From Octopus sinensis (lineage: Eukaryota): DNA of 64,000 bases. The notes beneath the pieces were generated by a model that made no database searches, had not been told where the DNA came from, and worked only from the letters and a program-made list of their open reading frames with translations. Where the stretch lies: positions 23,870,001 to 23,934,000 of the forward strand of contig NC_043018.1 in assembly GCF_006345805.1 (NCBI RefSeq), in the 5' to 3' direction. The position numbers were made by a program, and so were the translations under genes. Positions 26,928 to 39,803 of this stretch are shown here, piece by piece (positions within the stretch are counted from its first letter, which is position 1; every line of letters begins with the position of its first letter).

Positions 26928-27404
26928 TGACAACCGGTATTAGTTTGTTTACATCTCCGTAATCTAGCGTTTCGGCACTGGGGTCGATTTGTTCGACTAA
27001 AACCCTCAAGGCGGTGCCCCAACATGGCCACAGTCCAACGATTGAAACAAAAAAAAAGCTAAAAACAAGTAATAAAAGAAAATTTTAAAAGACACTATTT
27101 ATTTGTTTGTTTATAGATGAGGGTGAAGAAGAAAAGGAAAAGGATGAAAAGAAGAAGAAGGAGAGAGAGAGAGAGAGAGAGAGAACAATGGAAAACAAAA
27201 GGTGGCGGGGGAGACGTCGAGGAAATTTGCGTGCGATTGAGCTCGTCCGACAGTCGCTGTCACCTTCAGCTTCCACCACAATCTTATGTTTCACTTTCAC
27301 CGCACATTCCACCCCATTTACTACCCGTCGCATCCACCTACGAACGTACAAACCCCCCTTCTCTCCATATTCTCCTCTGTCATCTCAACCGCTTCCCTTT
27401 TTTT

Positions 27405-27410
27405 TATAAA
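27405..27410 (+). promoter_or_regulatory. Candidate TATA box for PRDM12
   Basis: TATAAA ~120 bp upstream of the candidate ATG, downstream of a CpG-containing unique stretch (27200-27350). Motif evidence only. Confidence 0.3.
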
Positions 27411-27529
27411 TGCGGGTCTATTTTGGTCGTTTTTCTTCCTCCTCCCCTCTCTCTCTCACTCTCTCGCTTCTTTCCCTCTCTCTCTTTCTCTCTCTTTCTT
27501 TCTTTCTTTCTTACCTTCTCTTTCTGCCG

Positions 27530-27800
27530 ATGCGGATGACTTGCGTGTTCACATCATTATCAACCTGCTCGAAACGTCCGTTGTTTGGTTCCTGCACCAT
27601 CGAGCATCGCAGCACCACAACCACCACCAAACACCATCACCACTATCACCTCCACCACCACCAACACCAAACACCATCACCACCACCACCCCACCACCAC
27701 CACCACCACCACCATCACAGGTCCACCTCCACCACCACCACCACCATCAACACAATCTCTACCACTACCACCACTACAACCGCCAATACCATTATCATCA
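27530..27800 (+). CDS. PRDM12: Tentative PRDM12 coding exon 1 (His/Thr/Pro-rich N-terminus)
   Basis: ATG 27530 is open to a strong donor CA|GTGAGT at 27801 in phase 1, the phase required by the exon at 34103. No recognisable homology, so tentative. Confidence 0.45.
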
Positions 27801-28039
27801 GTGAGTGAGCTTCTACACAGATGAACAACTTCCTAGAAATAGCAGCCAACTCGCCCTCATATCCTGCCGCATTAACCTTGTGCCTGTCTTGTATGAGGCA
27901 TGGACGACATATTTCTCTGATCCCCATACATCATATTCATACACATTCCCAAATTCTTTCAACCACCACAATGGCTCCTATGAAATGAAAGTTTTATCTT
28001 ACACAGATCGTGTAAAACAAGGGCTGACGTGTGTGTGTG

Positions 28040-28078
<39 letters not shown>

Positions 28079-28204
28079 TGTGTGTGTGTGTGTGTGCGTG
28101 CGCGTGCGTGCGTGTGCGTGCGTGTGTGTGTGTGTTTCTATCTAAAAGTGATTTACCAACTCTACTGGGATCGAAACCCTGATCCAATATAGCGACGCAA
28201 ACCA

Positions 28205-28237
<33 letters not shown>

Positions 28238-28860
28238 ACACACACATTCGTTTGTTTCAATCCTTTTGACTGCGGCAATGGTGGGGCACCGGCTTAAAAG
28301 GTTTTAGTCAAAGAAATCGATCCTCACTGTCGAACCGCTAAGCTATGGTGGTGGTGGGGACAAGCACAGACACAGAGGCACACACACATATACATACATA
28401 CACATACGTCAGGCTTCTTCTAGTTTCCATCTACCAAATCCACTCACAAGGCTTTGGACATCAAAAAACGTGAACAAAATCAGAAATGATAGAACATAGA
28501 AAATGAACTTTTTTTTTCGAACAGCGAAAGAAACAAATAGAGAAACGAGACAGGCAACATAAAGAACATTCCCTTCATCAATTGTCCCCTGTTTAATCTG
28601 CTCCGCGTTTTTCGAAGGTAGGGACAAGACGCTTCGTATACTCTTTTACTCTTTTACTTGTTTCAGTCATTTGACTGCGGCCATGCTGGAGCACCGCCTT
28701 TAGTCGAGCAACTCGACCCCGGGACTTATTCTTTTGTAAGCCCAGTACTTATTCTATCGGTCTCTTTTTGCCGAACCGCTAAGTAACGGGGACATAAACA
28801 CACCAGCATCGGTTGTCAAGCAATGCTAGGGGGACAAACACAGACACACAAACACATACA

Positions 28861-28915
<55 letters not shown>

Positions 28916-29899
28916 GATGGGCTTCTTTCAGTTTCCGTCTACCAAATCCACTCACAAGGCTTTGGACGGCCCGAGGCTATAGTAGAAGGTACCACGCAGT
29001 GGGATTGAACCCGGAACCATGTGGTTGGTACTGTCGGTTACGAACTGGCTTTAGGTTGTGGTACTTTGGACGGAATCAAAAACTTCACCAATCAAAAATT
29101 TCGGTTTGTTACTTATACACCAAGGTTCTAAATTTCTCACAAACTTCTTGCACTTCTGTATCACCGAAGACTGTAGTATGGCTAAGCTTGGGTGGGGGTT
29201 CCCCCGGGTGACCTTTATACGAGAACGTCACTTTAGGTTTCCTGTATAAGCCAAAACCACCACCACCACCACCACCTCCATCAAAGTTACTATCACCACC
29301 AGCAAGCCCACCATCAGAAACAAAACTATCACTACCACCACCAACAACAACAACAACCCTCCAATCACTACTCTTTACAATATGAGATGTTCGTTAATTC
29401 ATTTTGTGATGCGGCCCGATTTATGTCGAACAAATATCTCGATTCCCACGAAAAACTTTCTGATGAATCGAAATGAAAGCTCATAGCTCAGTGGTTAGAG
29501 CGTTGGGTTCACAATCATGAAAAAGTGAGTTCGATTCCCGAACCAGGCTGTGTGTTGTATTCTTGAGCAAAACACTTTATTTCGCGTTGTTCCAGTTCAC
29601 TCAGCTGCAGAAAGGGATAAATATGAAAAGGATACTGGTGCCAAGCTGTTTCAGCCTTTGCCTTTCCCTGGGATAACATCGGTGGCATGGAGAGTGGAGG
29701 TTGGTATGCGAGATCAACTGCTGGTCTTCCATAAACAACCTTGCCTGGACTTGTGCCTCGGAGGGCAACTTTCTAAGTGCAATCCCATGGTCAAGCATGA
29801 CTGAAGGGGGTCTTTACCCTCTTTTATATCGAAACCATGATTACTCGGAATAACTCATTCCTCTGGACCTTTTACTTTCAAGCAGCAAAAGATATAAGG

Positions 29900-29957
<58 letters not shown>

Positions 29958-30012
29958 ACGAAAAAAAAAAAAAAACAGATGTATTAGTATAACGCTCAGG
30001 AATAGAAAAAGT

Positions 30013-30048
30013 CTTTTACGTTTCGAGCCTACGCTCTTCTACAGAAAG
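30013..30048 (-). ncRNA. Minimal hammerhead-like fold with variant core (CUGUAGA)
   Basis: CUUU-CUGUAGA-A-GAGC(GUAG)GCUC-GAAA-CG-UA-AAAG. Stems I and II pair; A6 is replaced by U. Confidence 0.5.
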
Positions 30049-30125
30049 GGACACAGAAAAAACAAGGAGAGAAAAAAAGAGATCTATTGCGTATATATAT
30101 ATATACACACACACACGTGTGTGTG

Positions 30126-30492
30126 TGTGGAGGCGCAATAGCCCAATGGTTAGGGCAGCGGTCTCGTGGTCATAGGATCGCAGTTTCAATTCCCAGAGCG
30201 GGCGTTGTGAGTGTTTATTGAGCGAAAACACTTGAAGCTCCACGAGACTTGGCAGGGATTGGTGGCGACCCTTGCTGTACTCGTTCGCCACAACTTTCTC
30301 TCACTCTTTCTTACTGTTTCAGCTGTACCTGTATTTCAAAGGGCCAGCCTTATCACACTCTCTGTCCCGCTGAATCTCCTCGAGAACCACCTTAAGGGTA
30401 CACGTGTCTGCGTGGAGTCCCCAGTCGCTTGCACGCTCTTCCGTTGATCGTATCAGTGGAACCCTCGTCGTCGTAACCGACGGAGTGCCACG
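30126..30492 (+). mobile_element. tRNA-derived SINE (head shared with 20297-20598; tail shared with 61150-61465 and 55290-55600)
   Basis: Pairwise similarity read by eye. Confidence 0.8.
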
Positions 30493-30505
30493 ATACATAT
30501 ATATA

Positions 30506-30900
30506 GGCGCAGGAGTGGCTGTGTGGTAAGTAGCTTGCTTACCAACCACATGGTTCCGGGTTCAGTCCCACTGCGTGGCATCTTGGGCAAGTGTCTTCTA
30601 CTATAGCCTCGAGCCGACCAAAGCCTTGTGAGTGGATTTGGTAGACGGAAACTGAAAGAAGCCTGTCGTATATGTGTATATGTATGTGTGTGTATATGTT
30701 TGTGTGTCTGTGTTTGTCCCCTTAGCATTGCTTGACAACCGATGGTGGTGAGTTTACGTCCCCGTTACTTAGCGGTTCGGCAAAAGAGACCGATAGAATA
30801 AGTACTGGGCTTACAAAGAATAAGTTCCGGGGTCGATTTGCTCGACTAAAGGTGGTGCTCCAACATGGCCGCAGTCAAATGACTGAAACAAGTAAAAGAG
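30506..30900 (+). mobile_element. Full-length tRNA/CORE-like SINE
   Basis: GGCGCAGGAGTGGCTGTGTGGTAAG head, GGTTCAGTCCC B-box, TCTTGGGCAAGTG core, AAGTAAAAGAG tail. Confidence 0.88.
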
Positions 30901-31204
30901 AATATATATATATATATTGTTGTGTGTCGTTGCTTGTATATGTACATATGTATCCCATAGGGCATGTGCCTTAGCATTATGAGTCTCTGTGTGTGTGTGT
31001 GTGTGTGTGTGTGTTGTGTGTGTGTGTGTGTGTGTGTGTGTCTGTATGCCTTGCCACGTATGCGTGTTTGCATTGTATGGACGTGTCCGTGTATTGTTAC
31101 ATGTGTGTGTCTATTGCGTATATGTGCGTTATGTTGTGCTGTGTATGTGTATTGTGTTGTGTGCTCGAGTCGAACTGTTCTATGCATGTCATATATGCCT
31201 ATGT

Positions 31205-31250
<46 letters not shown>

Positions 31251-31892
31251 ACACACTCACACACACACACACACACCTGTATTTGTATATAACTGACTCA
31301 TCAAAAGGTATTAATAATGATCGTTTTTGACAAGATCAAAGAAAACATTACAAACTATATCTTTCCCTTCAGTTGATATTATTGTGATAATTATCATTAT
31401 CGTTTTTTATTATTATCATTATTATCTTTTTTATTATTATCTATATTATTATGCATATGATTTCTATTTTTCTTCCCTCCTCTGTATTAAAAAAAATGGC
31501 TGACGTGAAAAAAATGGGTGATCTTAGTTTCGTATGTTTCACTGAATCTTTCACTTCACCACACATCACAGTTAATCTCTATTTCTTTTTTCTTTTTTTT
31601 TTTTTCGTGTGTGCGTGTGTGTCTGTGTGTGTGTGTGTGTGTAAAACTGCAAAAGAATTCGAAAGAAATATTTGCGGGGGAGAAAAAAATAAAGAAAGTT
31701 GTGTTTATCATTGATGTTTGTTATTTTGTTGTAGCTGTCGTTGTTGTTGTTGTGTATGCAAAGGAGATGGCAGACGACGGGATTAGAATTGATTCGTAGT
31801 ATTTTAGTAACATTCTGAGTTCAAATCTTGCTGGTGTTGTGTTTGATTTTTATCATTTTGATATCCATATAAAAATGAACTACCAGTTATGT

Positions 31893-32224
31893 CAGTGGTT
31901 CTCAATCGGAGACCATATGGCCCCTGAAGGTGCACTTCAGATTTTTGGGGGCCCACTCAACAATATAGTAAATTGGGGACCCACAATAGTATTTTGAGGG
32001 TCCATGAAAAAACTTTGCTTCAGATGTATGCATTGCAAGAAATAGTTGGGTTTCTTTCTCGAACATTGTGCACAGTTCAACCTACACAAGTTAATGGGTG
32101 AAAACATTAATAAATAACATTCTATAAAACTAGTTTTTAAAAATCGAATGTCTACTGGGGTCCACAGGAATAAAATAGTAATCAAAGGGGTCCTTAGATA
32201 AAAAAAAATGGTTGAGAACCCCTG
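31893..32224. mobile_element. Non-autonomous hAT MITE
   Basis: TIRs CAGTGGTTCTCAA / TTGAGAACCCCTG; TSD AGTTATGT/AGTTGTGT. Confidence 0.88.
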
Positions 32225-32348
32225 AGTTGTGTGAATCTTGGTCGTTAGAACTTAAATGTGGTTGTTCAATTTGATAAAAGAACAGCCAAATCTGCCTCAA
32301 ATCACACCCTGTCGTCTTATAGAAGGACAGGGCCATTAGACGGTATAG

Positions 32349-32578
32349 GCGGCGAGCTGGCAGAATCGTTAGCACGCCGGGCGAAATGCTTAGCGGTATT
32401 TCGTCTGTCGTTACGTTGTGAGTTCAAATTCCGCCGAGGTTGACTTTGCCTTTCATCCTTTCGGGGTCGATTAAATAAGTACCAGTTACGCACTGGGGTC
32501 GATATAATCGACTTAATACCTATGTCTGTCCTTGTTCGTCCCCTCTATGTTTAGCCCCTTGTGGGTAATAAAGAAATA
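32349..32578 (+). mobile_element. Full-length Nin-like SINE with TSD GGTATAG
   Basis: Complete head-core-tail structure flanked by GGTATAG on both sides. Confidence 0.88.
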
Positions 32579-34102
32579 GGTATAGCCCTATATACACTTA
32601 AAAAGGCAGGATGGTCGTGAATGAAACCTCTTTACGCATCTACAGTGCGGTGACGAGTCTTCATTTGACCGATCAGTTGAAGTACCAACTGAATAAATGA
32701 AGTACCAACTGTATAAATGAAGTACCAACTCGAGCACTTTTTATCTGATCTTTCTATAAAGACAACAAGGCCGGCGTTATGCATTAGGCAAACTAGGCAA
32801 GCGCCAGGCAGTGCAAAATTGTGCGAAGAGGCTCTACAAATAACTTACACTAAAATTTCTTGATCCAATTACACTGTGTAACGTGATTTTTGTCCTTGGG
32901 TAGCAACTGTTATTTCCTATTTGCTTACCCCAAGAAAATATGAAAAATGGCCAATATTTCCTTCAAACTTTGCTTTTGTTACATTTATTCAAACACCCCC
33001 AAAATCCTTCTCAACACATAGCTATGATGTTTCCTTACTACTGCTGCTCATGATTAGAGATTCACATATTGTCAGCCACTAAGGGACATGCCCAAGCAGT
33101 TAAGGTCAAGCAAATGACCAGCAAATCTGTGGTATTGAGCAGAATATTTACTATAACGTTATTTCTGCTTCAGCAACTCGGAGCTGAATCTGTCTGAAAT
33201 GTAATGGAAAATAGGTGAGTTTCAAAACATTGATGTCCAGGTCACAAAAGCAAAGTTTGAAGGGAATAGTATTGATTTCTTTTGGTTTCTAGATAGAAGC
33301 AAACAGGAGACAACCCTTATTGACCAAAGACAACAAGCAGATCGAACAAAGTTTGAACGGGATAGTAGTCATTTGCTTTGATTTCTAGATAGAAGCAAAT
33401 AGGAGATAATCCCTACTGACCAAAGATAAAAAAAAAAATTATTTTGTTACACGGTGTTATAAACACGAAAACTTGCTTATAAAAGAGAGCTTTGACGTGA
33501 CGCTGAATACCTTGGCGTCGATCCTGTGTGTGCAACAACACAAAAGGCGTGTTGGGTGACCCAAGGTTATGAAAGAAAATAGTTACTCAAGATTCCACGT
33601 AGTGAGATCGAACTCGGAACCTCACAATTACGAAGTGCATTTCTTTATCATTTTACCATTGCTGCGTCCACATATGACTATTCGTCATTATTACTGATGT
33701 TGTCTAGGACGGCAAGTTGGTAGAATCGTTAGCCGAGGTAGACTTTGCCTTTCATCCTTTCAGGGTCGATGAAATAAGTACCAGTTATGCACTGGGGTCG
33801 ATGTGATCGACTAGCCCCTTCCCCCTAATTTCAGGCGTTTTGTCTTTAGTAGGAAGGATTATTATAGTTTATGTTCTTGGTTCAAACTCCACAAAAGTCA
33901 ACTTTACCTTTGAACACTTTCCAGGTCGATAAAGTAAAATACCAGTCATACACTGTGGTTGATGGCTCCGATTTAATCCCTTACCCTCAAACCTGCTAGC
34001 CCTGCGTCTAGATTAAATATGATTATTATCGATGTTGTTGTTGTTGTCATCAACGATGTTGTTGTTTTTATTAATATTGTTTTATTTTCGATATTGTCAC
34101 AG

Positions 34103-34296
34103 GGGACCGAAACCTGCTTCCTCTTCTGTCAACCCCGCCACAAGTGCGCTTAGGTTTCTCATCAATACCTACTTACCGTTTTGGCGTGTTCAGTACCTGC
34201 TGGATCAAGGCCGGCACTGAGATGGGTCCCTACATCGGTCGAGTAGTACAGTGCTGTGAGATCAATATGCGGATACCGAACGAAACCATGTGGGAG
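34103..34296 (+). CDS. PRDM12: PRDM12 exon: start of PR/SET domain
   Basis: AG/GT bounded; encodes QVRLGFSSIPTYRFGVFSTCWIKAGTEMGPYIGRV...TMWE (cf. vertebrate PRDM12 WIKAGTEMGPFTGRV...LMWE). Confidence 0.93.
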
Positions 34297-35178
34297 GTAA
34301 GCTAAACCGTAGACTCCATTCCTTTCTGTGAATTCTTGCAAGAAAGGGTCGATCAAAGCCCCAAAAAATATTATTTTGTTACACAGTGTTATAAACACGA
34401 AAACTTGTTTATCAAAGAAAGCTTTGACGTGGCGCTGAATACCTTTATATTTATACTTCCGACGCTTAACGTTCTGAGTTCAAAATCCAGCCTAGATCAA
34501 CTTATCCTTTCATCTCTCTCGGGGCGATAATATACGATACCAGTCATTTACTGGGGTCGATGTAATCGACTAAGACCGTCCTTCAAAATTAATGGTCTTT
34601 TATTCTTTTACTTGTTCAGGCCATTTGACTGGGGGCCATGCTGGAGCACCGCCTTTTTAGTCGAAGAAATTGACCCGTGGACTTTTTCTTTGCAAGCCTG
34701 GTACTTACTCTATCGGATCTCTTCTGCCGAATCGCTTTGTTAGGAGGACGTAAAAAAACCAACATCGGTTGCCAAGCGGTGGTGGCAAACACAGACATAT
34801 AAATATATGTGGGGAGGGGGCACGAGTGTGGCTGTGTGGCAAGAAGTTTGCTTCCTAACCACATGGTTCCGGGTTCAGTCCCCTTGTATCGCACCTTGCG
34901 CAAGTAATTCCCCTATAGCCGCGGGCCGACCAACACCCTGTGAGTGCATATGGTAGACGGAAACAGAAAGAAACCTGTCATATATATATATATATATTCG
35001 ACGGGCTTCTTTTAGTTTCCGTCTACCAAATCCACTCACAAAGCTTTGGTCCGTCTGAGGCTATATATAGTAGAAGACACTTGCCCAAGGTGCCACGCAG
35101 TGGGATTGTACCCGGAAAAATGTGGTTGGGAAGCAAGCTTCTTAGCACACAGTCACTCCTGCGCCTATTATCTATCTA

Positions 35179-35221
<43 letters not shown>

Positions 35222-35327
35222 AATAAAAAAAATATATGCATATACATACATATATGTACATACTTACATCTACATGTATATATACAAACATATATATATA
35301 TATATATATATGAGTACAGGACAAACA

Positions 35328-35412
<85 letters not shown>

Positions 35413-35426
35413 TACATACATACATA

Positions 35427-35466
<40 letters not shown>

Positions 35467-35480
35467 ATATATATATATAT

Positions 35481-35514
<34 letters not shown>

Positions 35515-35516
35515 AT

Positions 35517-35601
<85 letters not shown>

Positions 35602-35654
35602 TCATCCATTCGTTTATTTATTTTATTTATTTGCTTTTTTTTTATTGTGAATAG

Positions 35655-35810
35655 GTTTTCGACGAGAGTGGAGAAATCTTGTATTTTCTGGAAACCGACC
35701 ACAGTACACCTTCTTCGTGGCTCTCTTATATCAATTGTGCCCGGAATGACCAAGAGCAAAATTTGGAAATCTACCAGTCCGGCAGAGAAATATATTACAG
35801 AGCTTTAAAG
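35655..35810 (+). CDS. PRDM12: PRDM12 exon: PR/SET core
   Basis: 156 nt, phase 0/0; [52 protein letters not shown]. Confidence 0.93.
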
Positions 35811-36256
35811 GTAAAAACTGACAGCTGCGCGCGTGCGAGTGTGCGTGTGCGTATGTAAATATAAGTATATAGAACACTTCCTTCTTTCGATTGACACCGC
35901 CCATTACGCTCAATTCTCTACACTCCGCCCTATATTGCTATTGTAGCCAATCAGGTTTCGAGTTTGATGAGCTTTCTGTTACTACCTACTAGGAATTAAC
36001 ATAAGTTAACCAATAGCTGTCCTGATATGTCTGTACAAAAGTATGAGTGAGCAGAACTGTTAGGGAGGTGGAAAAATATTTCCAACGCTTAACGTTCTGG
36101 GTTCAAAATCCAACCTAGATCCTTTCATCCTTCTCGGGGCGATAATATACGATACCAGTCATTTACTGGAGTCGATGTAATCGACAAAGACCGTCCTTTA
36201 AAATTGTGTCAAAATTATAAAGAATTATTATTATTCATTAATTTTTGCAAATTCTA

Positions 36257-36654
36257 TCTTTATATATAAAAGTGAAGTTGTGTGTCTGTCTCCTACGATT
36301 TAGATTCCTAACTACTCCCACATTTTGCGGTGCAGTGTAACCAAAAGCGGGTATCTTATAGTCGTGATTCATATCGAGCCCTTCTGGGTATTAGCGCGCA
36401 TCTACGATGAGTCTACGATTTTAAAAATAATTTACCATAATTTTTTTCCATTTTAATGCATTTTTTCGCTATTATATAAGGGAAGTAACTCTCTAAAAAC
36501 GTCTACGATGAGTCAACGATTTTTAAAAAAATTTACCATCATTTTCTTCCCATTTTTAATGCATTTTTTGCTATCTTTTTGGTTATAACTCTCTAAAAAT
36601 GCTTATATAGTTATTTCCCTTACAAACCCGAGCAACGCCGGGCGATACTGCTAG
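36257..36654 (+). mobile_element. Non-autonomous Helitron
   Basis: A|TC start, subterminal hairpin CCCG-AGCAACGC-CGGG, CTAG|T end, no TSD. Confidence 0.85.
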
Positions 36655-37140
36655 TTTAATATATTTTTTTGTTATAAGGCAGCGAGCTGGCGAAATGCTT
36701 AGCAGTATTTCGTCTGTCTTTATGTTCTGAGCTCAAATTCCGCCGAGGTCGAATTTGCCTTTCATCCTTTCGGGGTCGATAAATTAAGTATGAGTTGCGT
36801 ACTGAGGTCGATCGAATCGACTGACACCCCACCAAAAAATAAATTTTGGGCCTTGTGCCTAGAGTAGAAAACAATATAATTTATCCCTTTTGAAGAATGC
36901 AATTTTAAACTTCAAATCTGAGAGGGGAATATGTTGAGTAAAATCATAATTAACTGATCTTGTATTTTATTTTATTCAAGCCTGGAATCTCTCCACACCC
37001 TCTCGTAGGTGTGTGTGTGTGTGTGGTGGATTCTTTCGTGATGAATGACAAATGAGGGTCCTGTAAAATAAAGAAGCAATCGTGTTCTATGGACACGAAT
37101 GTGTCTCTTGAGGCCTGGTGGTGCCTTGCAAACCTTTCAG

Positions 37141-37182
<42 letters not shown>

Positions 37183-37741
37183 CACACAGCTGGCTTCATG
37201 TTTTGCTTGACGTAACTGGGGTCATCTCAAGTTAGTGATCCAAGTTAGTGATATATATATATATGCATATACATGAAACCCTCGGAACTTGAGTCACTCT
37301 GTTGCTTCTGCTAAATATTAATTTATATACACACACAGACACATCCATGTACATTTATACACACACACACACATATATAGATAGAAATATATTTATATAT
37401 ATATACACATACACACAGAGACTCACACACGCACACATATAGCGCATATACGCGTATACATATATATATATATATATATGCTCGAAATGAGGAGTAGATA
37501 GCCGACAACTGATGAAGGATCGTTTTCCTTGTTACTTGTCCTGTTTTCCATATTTTCTCTCGTTGTTTTCGTACTTCATGTTGTTTACACAGTTGGTGAT
37601 GTCCTGTACCCATATAATCATTACATACATATATATATATATATATATTATCTATATTATTAATTGAACGCCACGCGTCCATTTCCAAGTATATATGTAT
37701 ATGCATGTGTGTATATATATATATATTAATCTTCCCTGCAG

Positions 37742-37856
37742 GATATACCGCCTGACCAAGAACTGTTGGTGTGGTACAGCTCCAGACAAGATGCCTACAT
37801 GGGAATTCCCGGAATGACGTCATTCAGTAACAGTGAATATGTCAAATGGAAAGCAG
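37742..37856 (+). CDS. PRDM12: PRDM12 exon: end of PR/SET domain
   Basis: DIPPDQELLVWYSSRQDAYMGIPGMTSFSNSEYVKWKA; donor CAG|GTCAGT, phase 1. Confidence 0.92.
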
Positions 37857-38364
37857 GTCAGTAAGTTTTCGTTTGTTGTTGTTTTTGTTTTGTAGTATTG
37901 TTTTTTTTTTCAGTGATACTTCTGTGACCGGAAGTGAATATCGATCTCTTATCGATGCACCTATCCTCAGGAGTGCTGAATCCGATATTTCGGGTCTTTG
38001 GCCGTCATCCAAAACTCCAGTCAGGAAAATAAAATCATACACACATATCATGCAAAATCATACGAATATATACACATACACACAAATATATGCATACATA
38101 TATACATACATGCATTTATATACACATCCGTACATTCCTATATACATACACTCAGATACACACATACATACATACACATAATTATATGCATACACACACA
38201 TACACACGCACACATATACACTCAAACATAATATACGCATATGCATACATACGTACATAATGCATACATAGATGCATACACACACACAAGTGCACACAAA
38301 TACACACACAAATACAAAAATACATATGTTCTCACATATACACATACGCCAAACCGGAGCACCA

Positions 38365-38714
38365 AACCGTTAATATCTTAATCGTTAATTAACGAAGTTA
38401 ACATTTCCGTTAACTATTTAACTTTTAAGTTAACCATTATCGGACTAATCAACTTCCGTTAACTCAAGTCAATTTGAGTTAACTTCCGTTTACTTCAATT
38501 CAATTGAAGTTAACGGATTTTATAGTTTTGGCACTTTATAAATGTGTTTTTATATGGTTTTAGAGCAAAAATCGTTGGGTTTTTCTTTCTATAATAAAAA
38601 TTAACATTAACGGTTTATCGATAACTTCCTTTACATTAGGAAATAATTAACGGTTATCGAAGTTAACTTTTTGGTTTAACGAAGTTAACTTTTCAATGAA
38701 CGTTGCCCACCTTT
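38365..38714. mobile_element. Probable DNA-transposon end with dense GTTAAC/AACTTCCGTT subterminal repeats
   Basis: Many short repeats in both orientations, ending in a hAT-like terminus GTTGCCCACCTTTG. Confidence 0.5.
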
Positions 38715-38825
38715 GACATACGCACACGCACACACATACATCCCTCAGTGACCTACGAGGCGGTGCTGAAAAGTTCCTGGCTCTGGGTAAAAGAAAACAC
38801 GGGAGTATCATTTCTTTATTCAACA

Positions 38826-39131
38826 CTAGCAGTATCGCCCGGCGTTGCTCGGGTTTGTAAGGGAAATAACTATATAAGCATTTTTAGAGAGTTACTTCCC
38901 TTATATAACCCGAACAAAAATCATTAAAAATGCGGAAAAATGATGGTAAATTTTTTTTTTAAATCGTAGACTCATCGTAGACGCGCGCTAATACCCAGAA
39001 GGGCTCGATATGAATGACGACTATAAGATACCCGCTTTTGGTTAAACTGCACCGCAAAATGTGGGAGTAGTTAGGAATCTAAATCGGAGGAGACAGAGTC
39101 TCACACACAACTTCAATTTTATATATAAAGA
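38826..39131 (-). mobile_element. Non-autonomous Helitron inserted into a mariner-like fragment
   Basis: Reverse copy of the 36257-36654 family; the left flank starts TACGAGGCGGTGCTGAAAAGTTCC (mariner-like TIR). Confidence 0.85.
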
Positions 39132-39349
39132 TATTCCCTTCACAGTCACACAGCGGTCCTTCAGTTTTTCTAAGCCTTATAAATGAACTCGGAAGTTTGG
39201 GCCTCCAACCAGGCGTTTCGCGACACCCTTAAAGCCAGGAAGGTTTCATTACCCTCTCATATATCATCTATACCCTCTACTGAAAATTATATAGTATTCC
39301 CTGTTGTGACATCAAAGTTCATAGCTAAACAACACCAGCCTGTGATAAC

Positions 39350-39565
39350 CACATACAGCTACGTGAATTGAGGCCTACATATAACTAGGTGGATTGAGGT
39401 TTACTGTGGTACCTACATACAACTAGGTAGATTGAGGCTTACCATGGTACCTACATACAACTAGGTGGACTGAAGTTTACTGTGGTACGTACATACAGCT
39501 AAGTGAACTGAGGTTTACTGTGGTACCTACATACAGCTAAATAGACTGAGGCTCACTGTGGTACC
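39350..39565. repeat. 38-bp minisatellite, ~5.5 copies
   Basis: Unit TGAGGTTTACTGTGGTACCTACATACAACTAGGTRGAY. Confidence 0.9.
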
Positions 39566-39803
39566 TTTTTGAATACTGTTTTTGACCACGGGTGTGGACA
39601 CATACACACACAGTGCTAGTAACCTGAGGCTACAAATTGTCGGCCTCTTTGCCCGCTATCTACCCAGACCCTGAAGTTCCTACCATTTGTTAACACCCTG
39701 GATGTTAACAAATGATAGGAACTCATACATCTGTCTCTATAGCCTTTTTTTTTCGTTTATACTTTCAGAATCTGTTAACCGAAACCGTTGTTTGTACTTT
39801 CAG

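Noticed and set aside
29480-29550. tRNA-like sequences (also the heads at 3670, 30126, 30506, 51870, 61150)
   Set aside because: They continue directly into SINE bodies and lack a complete cloverleaf, so they are SINE heads rather than tRNA genes.
37480-37640. CTGATGA-containing (TA)n-flanked element (similar one at 28480-28637 on minus)
   Set aside because: No downstream GAAA/UH in the right geometry, so a hammerhead cannot be drawn.
37914-38019. Possible extra PRDM12 mini-exon after a strong pyrimidine tract and CAG
   Set aside because: It would need a 53-57-nt intron, and no donor/acceptor combination keeps the frame into the zinc-finger exon.
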